Positions 36,972-48,632 of a stretch of 64,000 bases of DNA are shown here, in pieces (position 1 is the first letter of the stretch; each line of letters starts with the position of its first letter). Origin of the DNA: Octopus sinensis. Its lineage: Eukaryota. A program made the position numbers and the translations under genes. The stretch covers positions 15,624,001 through 15,688,000 of the forward strand of contig NC_043016.1 of the NCBI RefSeq assembly GCF_006345805.1, given 5' to 3'. A model generated the notes under the pieces. The model ran no database searches. It saw only the letters and a list, made by a program, of their open reading frames with translations, and was not told the origin of the DNA.

Positions 36972-37220
36972 AAACTAATTTTTGTTGTTGGGGGAGAAAG
37001 ATGAACGATTTAAAATAAATATATCTTAATTGTAGTGTGAGAAAGTATATATATTCTGATGATAAAATATATTATCTTTCAAAAACATCCCAAATTTATA
37101 GACTATATCGTGTATGTTTAAGAAATGGTTCATTATATATATATATATATATATAGCAGAGAATGAGACATCGTTCATTTGTCTCCCCACCCCGCCTCCA
37201 CTGACACAAAAATTAGTTTG
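36972..37220. repeat. Small fold-back element (MITE-like)
   Basis: AAACTAATTTTTGT..GGGGGAGA..ATGAACGAT and its reverse complement at ~37,170-37,220. Confidence 0.55.
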
Positions 37221-37386
37221 GGCGCAGAAAACTTTTGTTTTTGTTTTTTCTTAAAACGTTAGTATGAAGCTGTAAAACTTTGAGAAAGAGAGAAAGAGAG
37301 GGGGCAGAGAGTGTTGAGAGAGATCAGAAACGAAAATTAGAATGCGACATTTGCTGACCTGTCGTAATTGCTTATTTGCAATTCCA

Positions 37387-37531
37387 GGGGTGCTAATGTA
37401 GATTTGCACCTCTCCTAGAAAAAATGCATTTTTCTGAAAAAGTTTATTTGGAGTCCTAGGTTTTATATGTCAGAATAAACTTTTTCAGAAAAAACATTTC
37501 TGAAGGGGAGGTGTGAATTTGCATTAGCCCC
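37387..37531. repeat. Fold-back palindrome with ~60-bp arms
   Basis: GGGGTGCTAATG..CACCTC..TTTTCTGAAAAAGTTTATT / AATAAACTTTTTCAGAAAA..GAGGTG..CATTAGCCCC. Confidence 0.7.
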
Positions 37532-37941
37532 ATTCCCAAATCTTTTAGTGGTGCATCATCAATAGCTTTTCTGTCATCTCAAAAACTTCACGGATGCAAA
37601 AATGAAGGACATATATAACAGGTATGTAGAACATATATTTCTGTACTTTCTGTTTATTCGTATAAATCATTGAAATTGTTGTGTGCGCGCACACAGACGC
37701 GAATACACCAATTATACACAATTTCTATGTATATTTAATAACAAACCATATAATTCACACCCAGGAAATTTTATTTCTGTAAAATGCTGGGAGTGAGTGA
37801 AACTTCCGAGGCTTCCACCTCACCCCACTCCATTTTTCGAACCGCAAAAAGGGTTTTCTACCTTGTTGGGATGGGTTATGTTAGCATGTCACAGGAATTC
37901 AACCAACAAAAAGAAAAAAAAATCCAATTCGCCACCCCCTT

Positions 37942-38294
37942 TTCCAAACCAAAATAAGAGATTTGCAGTATAATAGGGTAAGGAGGTCAGAGTACTTGAT
38001 TCCACGCAAAAAATCCGAATTTTTAAAAAATTATTTTTCCTTAGTGAAAATTCCGGGGGGGGGAGGGCTCCCTTCCGAACTAAAATATGGGATTTACAGC
38101 ATATTAGGAAGGAGGTCAGGGTACTTGATTTCACGCAAACAATCCGAGTTTTTTTTTTTGTGTGAAAATTCCGTGGGGGGAATCCGTTCCGGACCAATTC
38201 CGAACCAAAATATGGGATTTGCAGCATATTAGGAAGGAGGTCAGGGTACTTGATTCCACGCAAAAAATCCGAGTTTTTTTTTTTTAGTGAAAAT
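37942..38294. repeat. Tandem repeat, ~3 x 125-130 bp
   Basis: Unit TTCCGAACCAAAATATGGGATTTGCAGCATATTAGGAAGGAGGTCAGGGTACTTGATTCCACGCAAAAAATCCGAG..; starts near 37,942, 38,072 and 38,197. Confidence 0.85.
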
Positions 38295-38351
38295 CGTGTG
38301 GGTGTTACTCATTAATTTTACCCATTCATCTACATACATATACATATATAC

Positions 38352-38645
38352 ATCATCATCATCGTTTAACGTCCGTTCTCCATGCTAGCATGGGTTGGAC
38401 GGTTCGACCGGGGATCTGGTAAGCCAGAAGGCTGCCCCAGGCTCCGGTCTTATCTGGCAATGTTTCTACAGCTGGATGCCCTTCCTAACGCCAACCACTC
38501 CGTGAGTGTAGTGGGTGCTTTTTACGTGCCACCTGCACTGGAGCCAGGCGAGGCTGGCATCGGCCACGGTCGGATTGGTGCATTTTACATGCCACCTGCA
38601 CGGAAGCCAGTCGAGGCGGCACTGGCTTCGGATGGTGCTTTTTAC
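38352..38645 (-). mobile_element. RTE LINE 3' end
   Basis: (CAT)n + RTE tail + variant minisatellite units. Confidence 0.85.
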
Positions 38646-38688
38646 AAACATATATATACATACATATACATATATATATATATATACA

Positions 38689-39524
38689 CTAGCAGCATAG
38701 CCCGGCGTTGCCCGGGTATATAAGAGCCCCTAGTAGGCAACGACTAATCCCAATCTAGTCCTTTCCCTCTAGGGAACGAAGGCGCATGTGTAGGTTGCAA
38801 TGTCTTCTCTTCACTCCCAAATAACTATCGATAATTCAACCCAACCAATTCCTACCAGGAAGAAATTACATTCGAGACTTTACCCCCAACACTGCCACTT
38901 CTGCTAATAGCTGCTGTTATTCGAATACTTTTTTTGTTAACACTTTCTTTATAACTACCACCCCAAACGTTTTACCTTAAATTTTTGACGTACCCTAAGG
39001 GTCCTCGGACGCTACTTGCAAACTCTTGGTTTATTATAAACCGCTTTTGTCGTGTGCACCAAAAAACCTTTTCCATTCGTTTGTTCAGTTTGGTCACTTT
39101 TGACTTTTTCATTGTTGTCACTCACATTGCTGCCCGCTTTTTTGCCGTTTTTGTACATTTTTATACATTTTGGGATACTTACCACATGTGTTCCGAGAGT
39201 TAAAAAGGTCAGTCTGTGGTTTGTGTTTAATACACAAATCGGTTTGCTATGTGTGCCACATATGATTTAATTAACTGATTTTTTCCAGTAATAAAGTATC
39301 CTATTGGAATAGAAAGGGCCATATAGCTCCTTGGAGCAGACATGATGCTCGCTGTGAATTTTAAGAAAAATTCCTGCCAATTTGTGAAAGATATTGTCGA
39401 AAATATGTCATCTTGAATTTGAACGCGATTTCCCAAAATGGCATGATTTTATCGATTTTTTCTGATGGTAAGGTATTGCATGGAAAACTAGTATAGTGTG
39501 ATTGGACGCTCAGGAAACGAAAGA
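38689..39524 (-). mobile_element. Non-autonomous Helitron
   Basis: A|CTAG at 38,689 followed by hairpin CCCGGCGTTGCCCGGG (38,701-38,716), i.e. the reverse complement of a Helitron 3' end; probable 5' TC end at ~39,524 next to (TA)n; no ORF. Confidence 0.6.
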
Positions 39525-39552
39525 TATATATATATAAATATACATATATACA

Positions 39553-39819
39553 TCACCATGACCAACCAGATGTATCAGATGTTGCTACACATCGCTGGTC
39601 ACAATGCACTTCGCACTGTCTTAGCCTTCAAATGACGCCACCCCGCTGTCTAAGCGAGCAGGCCTACAGAAGAAAGAGTGAGAGAAAGTTATGGTGAAAG
39701 AGTGGAGCTTTTAGGTGTCTTCGGTCAATAAACACTCACAACGCCCGGTCTGGGAATCGAAACCGCGATCCTATGACCGCGAGTCCGCTGCCCTAACCAC
39801 TTGGCCATTGCGCCTCCAC
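39553..39819 (-). mobile_element. tRNA-derived SINE, family B head with tail type 2
   Basis: Minus strand GGAGGCGCAATGGCCAAGTGGTTAGGGCAGCGGACTCGCGG..GGTTTCGATTCCC; tail GGGGTGGCGTCATTTGAAGG..CGATGTGTAGCAACATCTGA. Confidence 0.8.
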
Positions 39820-39904
39820 ACACACACACATATATATATACATACATATATATGTATGCATACATATGCATATATATGATGATGAGGATAATATATACAC
39901 ACAT

Positions 39905-39953
<49 letters not shown>

Positions 39954-39954
39954 T

Positions 39955-40550
39955 ATCATCATCATCATTGTTTAACGTCTACTTTCCATGCTAGCATGGG
40001 TTGGACAATTTGACTGAGGACTGACAAACCAGATGGCTGCACCAGACTCCAGTCTGATCTGGTAAGGTTTCTACAGCTGGATGCCGTTCCTAACGCCAAC
40101 CACTCCAAGAGTGTAGTGGGTGCTTTTCTGTGCCACCGGCATGACGGTCAGTATGGCAGTACTGGCAAGTGCCATGCTCAAGTGGTGTTTTTTATGTGCC
40201 ACCTGCACAGGAGCCAGTCCAGCGGCAACGACTTCACTCAAATGTTTTGTTCACGTGCCACCGGTATAAGTGCCATTAAGGCAATGCTGGTAACGATCAT
40301 CTCCTCTCGCTAGTGATCCCGCTCGGATGGAGCCGTTAGCACTCCACTGGCACAGGTGCCAGTCATTGAATTTGGTTTGATTTCGATTTCTCTTGCCTCA
40401 ACAGGTCTTCGCAAGCAGAGTTTAGTGTCCAAAGAAGGAAAGGTACGCATAAGTGGGCTGGCTACATCCTTGGTAAAGGCGACATGTTATGGTCTCACTT
40501 GGCTTACCAGGTCTTCTCAAGCATAGCATATTTTCAAAGGTCTCAGTCAC
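39955..40550 (-). mobile_element. RTE LINE 3' end incl. ORF terminus
   Basis: 40,380-40,550 is the reverse complement of 36,700-36,880; (CAT)n end. Confidence 0.85.
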
Positions 40551-40573
40551 TATACATACATATACATGTATAC

Positions 40574-40599
<26 letters not shown>

Positions 40600-40607
<8 letters not shown>

Positions 40608-41480
40608 GTTAATAAAATAGAACATATGCATATATATAAACATATATGTACGTACCTACCTCTACATGTACATATACACGCATATATGTGTACAGGACAC
40701 CAAAAAGACGTCGAACACATAGAGAGACGAAAAACATAGACAAAACCAAGGAACAGGACAAGCAAAAAAGAAAAAGAGATACAGGACAATAAGCACAACG
40801 AAAAATCCCCTTCTTCAGTCGCTAAGGTTTCATCTACTCTACGTTTCGAAGGATAAAAGCGAGACGTATACTTCGAAGAAACTTCCTTCCTACGAAAAGC
40901 AAATCAATTAAAATTCTGAGATCTTTTCGCAGAGGGGTAAAAAATGGTAAAAAAAGCAAGACGGTAACGACAGTACAAACAATAAACAGTAAAAAAAAAA
41001 ATTATATATAAACAGTTGAAAAATTATATAACAGTGAGAGACAGGACAAGGAGAACAAGATAAGAAGGGCTGTTTACGCCAGACGAAAAAAGTAATGCAA
41101 ACGCTGGATTATAGTGGACGACGAGAGAGAAAGAATGTCGACCAGTGGCCTTAGAAGGCGGGCGAGAAAAGACAGGATAGCAGTTACGACGGAAGTATCG
41201 TCGCAGATGGACGACGGGAATGGGGGAGGAGGAGCAAGAGGAAGAGAGAGAAGAAGGGGAATGGTGCGAGGAGACCATGAAGAATGGTGAGGGGGAGAGA
41301 GAGAGGAAGAGACAAGTTAAGTGGGGAAAAGGACGAAAAAGGGAATGGGAGAGAAGAAAGAAAGATGCAGAGTCGCGTGAGAGTTAATATCAAGGCTAAC
41401 TTGATAAACAGAACAATCTTACTTAATAGGGTGCGTGCGTTTAGTCGTATAATATGTTAATAAAATAGAACATATGCATA
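40600..41480. repeat. Unclassified non-coding element bounded by ~30-bp direct repeats (PLE-like derivative?)
   Basis: TATGTTAATAAAATAGAACATATGCATATA at ~40,605 and ~41,453; CpG-rich, purine-skewed interior. Confidence 0.4.
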
Positions 41481-41721
41481 TATATATATATATATATATA
41501 ATATGTATACATACATATATACATACATACGTATATACATACATATATATATACATACACACATATATATATATGTATACATACATATATACATATACAT
41601 ACACGTATATACATACATATATACATACACACACATATATATATATACATACAAATATACATACATATACATATATATATATATACAAATATACATACAT
41701 ACGCATATATATACATACATA

Positions 41722-43238
41722 CTTCTCAAACGCGGTGGGTACTTTCTTCTAAACCAACTTTCACTATTCTTCCAATTCTGTCTTGACAATGGTGTCACTC
41801 CAGAGCAGTGGAAAACTGCCAGTGTTATCCCTCTGTTCAAAAAAAGTGACCGCACATTGCCTGTCAACTATTGCCCCGTTAGTCTTACTAGCTGCATCGC
41901 CAAACTGATGGAATCCTGTGTCAGAGAAACCCTCTGGAACTTCTGGAAGTTTCACAGCCTCATCCAGCCGTCACAATTCGGATTTATTCCTAACTCCAGC
42001 TGCTGTAATCAACTCAACGAGTTTCTTGAGGACGTTACGCGAATCACTGATCGCGGATCCTGGGTGGATATTGTTTACCTGGACTTTGCTAAGGCTTTTA
42101 ATTCTGTGCCACACAAAAGACTTATGGTGAAACTCTCTGCAGTGGGTGCAAGAGACAATCTCTATAACTGGTTGAAGTCCTTTATTATCAGCCAAAAAGA
42201 GGTTGTCACAGTTCTAGGACAGCACTCTTCACCCTATAAGATGGCATCTGGTGTACCACAGGGATCTGTTCTTGGCCCCCTTTTATTTGTTGCATAGATG
42301 CCAACTTAAAGAATGCCACAGTGCTGAAATATGCAGATGACATCAAGCTGTACCTCGAAATAAAGAGGTCAGATCCTGTACACTATAGACCTTTATTGCA
42401 ATCATACCTGGACACAATGCAGCAATGGATCATGGACTGGCAACTCAAGCTGGCTGTGGACTAATGTACCACCATGCATTTGGGGAGGAGAAACCCAGCG
42501 TCTACTTACTCCCTCCACAACACTAATCTCAAAAAGTCTTCTTGTGAACATGACCTGGGTGTTATTGTCAACAGCAATTTGTGTTGGACAAAACACATCG
42601 CTAAAATTGCCAAGAAGGCTGAGGGTGTCTTGGCATCACTCACCAAGTCCTTTATGAGCTGCTCTCCGGCTATCTATAGCTATGGTACGACCTCACTTGG
42701 AACCCTTATCTTGCCCAAGATAATAATCATCTGGAAGCTGTTCAGCGATGGGCAACCAAGCATTTTCCATATTCTGAATGCCTTACTTCTCTGGGTATGG
42801 ATACATTGAAACTCCAACATCTGGCAGCTGACTTGGCAGACACCCATAAAATTATTAAACATCTTACAAACAATAACTCTGAGCACCTTTTCAAACTCCA
42901 CCTTTCTAACACTCGTGGACATGTTTACAAAGTCAGAAAACAGCACAACTCCCATGACTTCAGGAAACATTTTTTCATGCTAAGAGTTGCCGAAGTATGG
43001 AACAAACTGCCGGCATCAGTTGTTAGTTGTCGGAGCACTGCATCCTTCAAAACTGCCATGCTTCCTGAGATTTGCCAAAACTACACCTGATTTTATCCCC
43101 TCCATACACATGCAAGCATGTATCTGATTCATACATTGTTCGCTTCCCAAACATTTGTACATTACTGCATATGCTTTATGTGCACTTTTGACAAGTTGTG
43201 GTGCACCTGAGCACTGTATACAATAATTTCATTATTAT
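41722..43238 (+). mobile_element. CR1/L2-clade LINE 3' part (RT), a second family
   Basis: [73 protein letters not shown]; (ATT)n-like tail. Confidence 0.9.
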
Positions 43239-43791
43239 ACATATGTATATATATATACACATACACACACATACATATATATACATATACACACATAATA
43301 TATACATATACACATATATAATATACACATAAGGCTGCACCAGGCCCAGTCTGATCACTGCCAGATCAGACTGGGCCTGGTGCAGCCTTCTGGCTTCCCA
43401 GACCCAGTTGAACCATCCAACCCATGCTAGCATGGAAAGCGGACGTTAAATGATGATGACACACACATATTAATATATACATACACACACACCATTCTGG
43501 TTTTTTATTTCTATTTCTCGTTTCTTGTATTTATATTCGTGTGGCATCCTGTCTTTGTTTCGTATACATTCGATCCTCTTTCCAAGAAATCCAATGCCTG
43601 TGGCTTAATTTTTCCTTGGGGCTGGCCGGATCGGAGTGATATCGAGATTAAACAGCCGAAATTGCTAAGATGATCCGGTTCCGACTGAAGATTAGAGGCT
43701 TCGAGTGACCTGTCCGTTTTTTTTGTGTCGTCTCTTTGTGTGTTTTTGCGTTCTTGCCCCACTTTGTAATTTATATTTTATATTCAATTTC

Positions 43792-43828
<37 letters not shown>

Positions 43829-43906
43829 GTATATATATACATACATATACACACATATATATATATATATATACATATACACACACACACACACATATAT
43901 ATACAC

Positions 43907-43950
<44 letters not shown>

Positions 43951-43956
43951 ATACAC

Positions 43957-43991
<35 letters not shown>

Positions 43992-43999
43992 TATATATA

Positions 44000-45196
44000 T
44001 TGGGTTGGCTACTAAGTTCCAGCCATTTTTTTTTTATTTAAATTTTTTAAAAGATTTAATAAAAAATACCAACTAATTAATCAATAATGTATTCACCCTT
44101 GTTGTTTGCAACTTCTTCCCAACATTCAACAAGATTTTCAATACCTTGTTGGTAGAAATCACCCAATTTCGACTCATAAAATTGATCTCACCAATCTCTC
44201 AATTCTGCAACAGTATTTAACAAAACTCCATGCATAGCATTTGAAAGAGGTGGAAATCCGATGGTGCCAAATCAGGAGAGGACGGCGAGTGTGGCAGCAC
44301 TTTGCAGCCATTCGTTTGAATGGCTTCCTTGGTCATATTGGCGATATGAGGTCGGGGGTTGTCGTACAGCAGAACTCCATGATATAGCCATGTTGAGTCA
44401 TTCCATCTGTTGAACATAGAGTTCCGCGTTGACCGTTTGGTTCCGTGCAAGCAATTCGTAATGGATAATCCCTTCCCAGTCCCACCATATGCACAACATC
44501 ATTTTACACGGATAAAGATCTTGTTTCACACGCGGTGTCGCTTGTTTACCGGAGCTTAGCCATTCCTTACGCTGCTTCATATTGATGTACAGGCACCATT
44601 TTTCATCGCCAGTAATGATTCGGTAAAGAAATCGTTGCTTCCGTCCAAGAGTTGAGCGGTGATGAGCCAGCAAACCAGCGGAGATTGTGGCTCGTTGATT
44701 TTTGTTGTTGTCATTTAAAGCATGCAGAACCCATGCTCCATACTTCTGAACCTTTCCATCAAGTGTGTGGGAGCATTCCATTTTATCTGCCAGTTCTCTT
44801 GTTATTTGACAAGAATTTTTTGTGCAAAAGTTGGTTTAATCGCTCTTCATCAAACTCAACTGGACGACCAGAACAAGGTGCATCTTTGAAGTCAAAATTT
44901 CCATATTTGAACTTGGCATACCAATCACGAGTGTTTCCTTCAGCTATCGCACCCTCTCCATACACAGCACAAATGTCGCAAGCAGCTTTTGCAGCCTTAG
45001 ACCCTTGATTAAAAGCAAAAAGAAGGTGTCGAAAATGCTCGTTTTTCTTAACTTGACATTCCATTTTAATAATCTGAAAATAAACAAAAATTAACTAAAA
45101 TTAATTAGAAAAAAAAACAAAATAGATTCATAAATAAAAATCTCAAAAAAAATAGATTCCAAAATTAAAAAAAACAGTGGGAACTTAGTTGCCAAC

Positions 45197-45200
<4 letters not shown>
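44000..45200 (-). mobile_element. Mariner (DD34D) transposon, near full length, frameshifted
   Basis: TIRs TTGGGTTGGC(T/A)ACTAAGTTCC, TA TSDs; MECQVKKNEHFRHLL..GRP..ITGDEKW..WWDWEG..YDNPRPH..SPDLAPSDF..GEYIID*. Confidence 0.95.
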
Positions 45201-45235
<35 letters not shown>

Positions 45236-45921
45236 AATATAAATAAGTAACAAAGATGTACACGTGTCAATTCATTATGGCCGTTTCAAGCAACTCTTTT
45301 AATTGATCAATGAAAACATTACATCATTGCAAACGTAATGGACTGACACATGTACCTCTTTTATTATTCATTTATATTTTACTCACCTATACTAGAATCT
45401 GTGCTTCAGAAATACTATAGAAAGTATCTTAATATAAAAGATACATGTCTGAATAGCCAACAGCAGATCTCTTCACTCAGCTGGATCGTATTATCTGCAA
45501 ATGCTGCAAGAATACCATGTGGTCAGAACTTCTGCACTTTGTCTGATATTCACTTAATATTGTTGGGGTGTGCATTGTTGCTCTGACTCAACAAGGTGCC
45601 TCAATTTAAGAACCTAATTCAACTGAATCTTTATATATATATACCTATCTACATATATACAAAGAAACACACACAACCAGTATAAATGTTGGTGTTTTGT
45701 AGAATGAATTTATCTTGTCATGCGATATGTGCTTCTAGAGATAGGAGTGGAGAGTATAAAAGGGAGAGTTAACATAAGAGGTGCAGGAAGAATGCACATA
45801 TTTGGTTTGTTGATAGGCAATGAGTAAAGTGTGCTACATACACAAAGAATCAAAGACAGAATGAGGAAGAGAGGGAGTAAACGATGCAGTAGTGAGAGAG
45901 ACAAACAGATATATATATATA

Positions 45922-46163
45922 TATTTCTTTACTACCCACAAGGGGCTAAACGCAGAGAGGACAAACAAGGACAGACAAATGGTTTAAGTCGATTATATCG
46001 ACCCCAGTGCGTAACTGGTACTTATTTAATCGACCCCGAAAGGATGAAAGGCAAAGTCAACCTCGGTGGAATTTGAACTCAGAACGTAACGGTAGACGCA
46101 TTTGAACTCAGAACGTAACGGTAGACGCATTTCGCCCGACGTGCTAACGTTTCTGCCAGCTCG

Positions 46164-46165
<2 letters not shown>
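45922..46165 (-). mobile_element. tRNA-derived SINE with Nin/Deu-type central domain
   Basis: Minus strand GGCGAGCTGGCAGAAACGTTAGCAC..GAGTTCAAATTCC..GCCTTTCATCCTTTCGGGGTCGATTAAATAAGTACCAG; internal 29-bp duplication. Confidence 0.75.
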
Positions 46166-46251
<86 letters not shown>

Positions 46252-47632
46252 TGAGGGAGGGGGAGAGAGAACTGAAAGCTCAACAGTTCAAAATGATAAA
46301 ATAAGTGTAATAAAAAACAAACAAATAGTGAGAATAAAAACCATAAAACAAAATAGGGAGAATAAAAGCGAGAGATAGAGAAAGTAGGATGAGAAGGTGA
46401 TGGAGAGGAGAAAGACTAGATGTAGAAAGTGATAGGTAGTGGTATAATAAAAAGAAGTATCATGGATTGAAAAAGGTATTTAAACAGTTCAGAGTGTAAA
46501 ATAATTTTTCTATATTCATCTCTGTAAAACTTTGTTTTATAGAAATATATTAACATAAAGAAAACTAAGTTTGTATCAAATGTAGACAGAAAAATGTTTG
46601 TATTAGGTAAAGTGAGGACAGATGGTTTTGTTGTCTTGGGAGGGTCTTTGCACCAATAATGATACATGCACTGGTTCAATTTCACTTCTTTATTGTTAGT
46701 CAATTGGTTAAATATCTAACCAACTAACTAATCAATTGTTTGTTTAATGTGCTTGTTAAAACAACTAATCAGTTGTTTGTTTGTTACTCAAAGTTCTTTT
46801 GCTGCTGTTCTTAACCTTTTCAATAACTCAGGGACTTCCCTTCCACTTGTTGACACTAAACAAACAATCAATTAGTTATTTGGTTAAATAAACAAGTGGA
46901 ATTGAAACTGTGCATGTGTTATTATTGGCATATTTTAAGATATTTTTTTCCTTAAAAATTAATATTCATTTCATCATTTTGTATTAGCACCAAGAAATTT
47001 TATAGAAATCATCATTTAATGTCCACTTTCCATGCTGGCATGGATGGGACAGTTTCACAAGAGCTAGCCAAGCAGAAGCCTGCATCAGACTTCTGTGACA
47101 GTTTTGCAGCTGGATGCCCTTCCTAACACCAAACACTTAGCAGAGAAGTGATAATAATAATTATTGTACATGTCATATTTCCTGATATTATTATTTATCA
47201 AGGCAAAAAATATACTTTGAAAACTACCAGTCATGTGACAGGTAATACTCCACTATATATCTCTCTCTCTATATATATATACATACATACAAACATATAC
47301 ACACACACTTGTATCACTTAGGTCTATGTCTGTTGGCTCTTATTGTGTAATATGTTGTATTATAGAGCCATGAATCACCCATGTTTCTTCAAATATCAGG
47401 GGTAGGCATAACTATCTCTAAAAGGCTGTAAACACAATTCATCTGCAAAATTATCACTGTCACAAACAGAATGTTAACAATTGTTTTTCAAATCTGCAGC
47501 AAACAAGCTGCTACAGCAACCAATCAATTGTTCTGTAGATCATTTCAACAACAATCACTTTTACCCAACTTTCTCATGAGAAAAATATATTATCTTTCCT
47601 TATAAACAATGAAATCTATTGACTAGAACTTA

Positions 47633-48632
47633 TGAGGTGCATTCCAGAAGTTTTGAGACTTATTTTAAGTGGTTCAAGGATGATAGAGAGAGGATGGGAG
47701 GTATGAGAGGGACACTAGCATAACTGAGCTGGTTGAGAAAATTCACAATTTTCTGTACAAAGACCATCATGCTGCAGATTTTCTCACTGGTCACCAAAGA
47801 CTCAGGTACTTTTGAATTGGAGATACATAGCTTAATCATTTCCCTACTGCTACTAATGTGTTACTGTTCCTTCTGATCATCATCGAGTACCCTGGGAACA
47901 AACTTTGCACATGTTTATATCTTCATGAATAATTCTGTGTACAGTTGTCACACCAACTCCAAACTGTATAGCTATTGTCTTTATAGACAGCTGGGAGTTG
48001 GTGTGACAACCGTACTCAGAATTATTCATGAAGATTTAAACATGTGCAAAATGTATTCTTCCCAGGGTTTCTCAGTGACGACAGGAGGAAAGATGCATTG
48101 GTGACAGCAGGGAGATGGCCGAGTTGATTATCTCCAATCCAATCCAAAAGTACTCAAGTCTCTGGATCTACTGTTTTGATCTAATGGAAGCATCCTGGTT
48201 CCCCCAGACACAAGAAGGCCACTGTTTATGATGATCCCCTCTTTCAACAGCAAGGGCAACATCTACTGGCCAGACAGTCAACAGATTAGTTTTTGGAGGT
48301 GTTGAGGGATCAAGGAAAAAATTTCATCACAGAAGGCCAGGGTTTTGAATCGGGGGCACCGGTACCAGTTTGGAACTCTATCCTGGTAACCAACTACTTG
48401 ACAGAGATGCGCATCAAAGCTGTCCCTCACCACCCCCTACAGTCCAGACCTTGATCCCTGTGACTTTTGGTAGTTCCCCAAGCTTAAAGACGGGCCCTGG
48501 ACAACTTCTATAAAGCCTTCACTAAGTGACTGGAGTTCCACAAGTGCATTAAATTCAGAGGATCTTACTTTGAAGAAGAGTAGAGTTTTATACTTCTTTG
48601 GAATTGTCTCAAAATTTATGGAATGCACCTTG
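47633..48632 (+). mobile_element. Decayed, rearranged mariner
   Basis: ~27-bp TIRs (T/C)(G/A)AGGTGCATTCCA.AA.TTTTGAGAC with TA TSDs; remnants IIHEDLNMCK and HHPYSPDLDPCDFW*FPKLK. Confidence 0.8.

Noticed and set aside
39740-39819. tRNA gene-like sequence (also 11,160-11,239 and the SINE A heads)
   Set aside because: A/B boxes are present but each continues into a SINE body; treated as tRNA-derived SINE heads, not tRNA genes.
40805-40935. GAAACGT and CTGAAGA motifs on the minus strand suggesting a hammerhead
   Set aside because: Could not assemble a canonical type I or II fold: no proper C3/cleavage nucleotide and stem I does not close.
43655-43710. GCCGAAA..CTGAAGA..GGC, possible type II hammerhead
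   Set aside because: Stems I and III are weak or absent and there are extra nucleotides before stem II; not supportable by eye.
45275-45330. Decayed hammerhead-like motif (minus strand GAAA-CGGCCA-TA-ATGAA)
   Set aside because: Core TGATCAA lacks C3/G8 and stem II does not pair.
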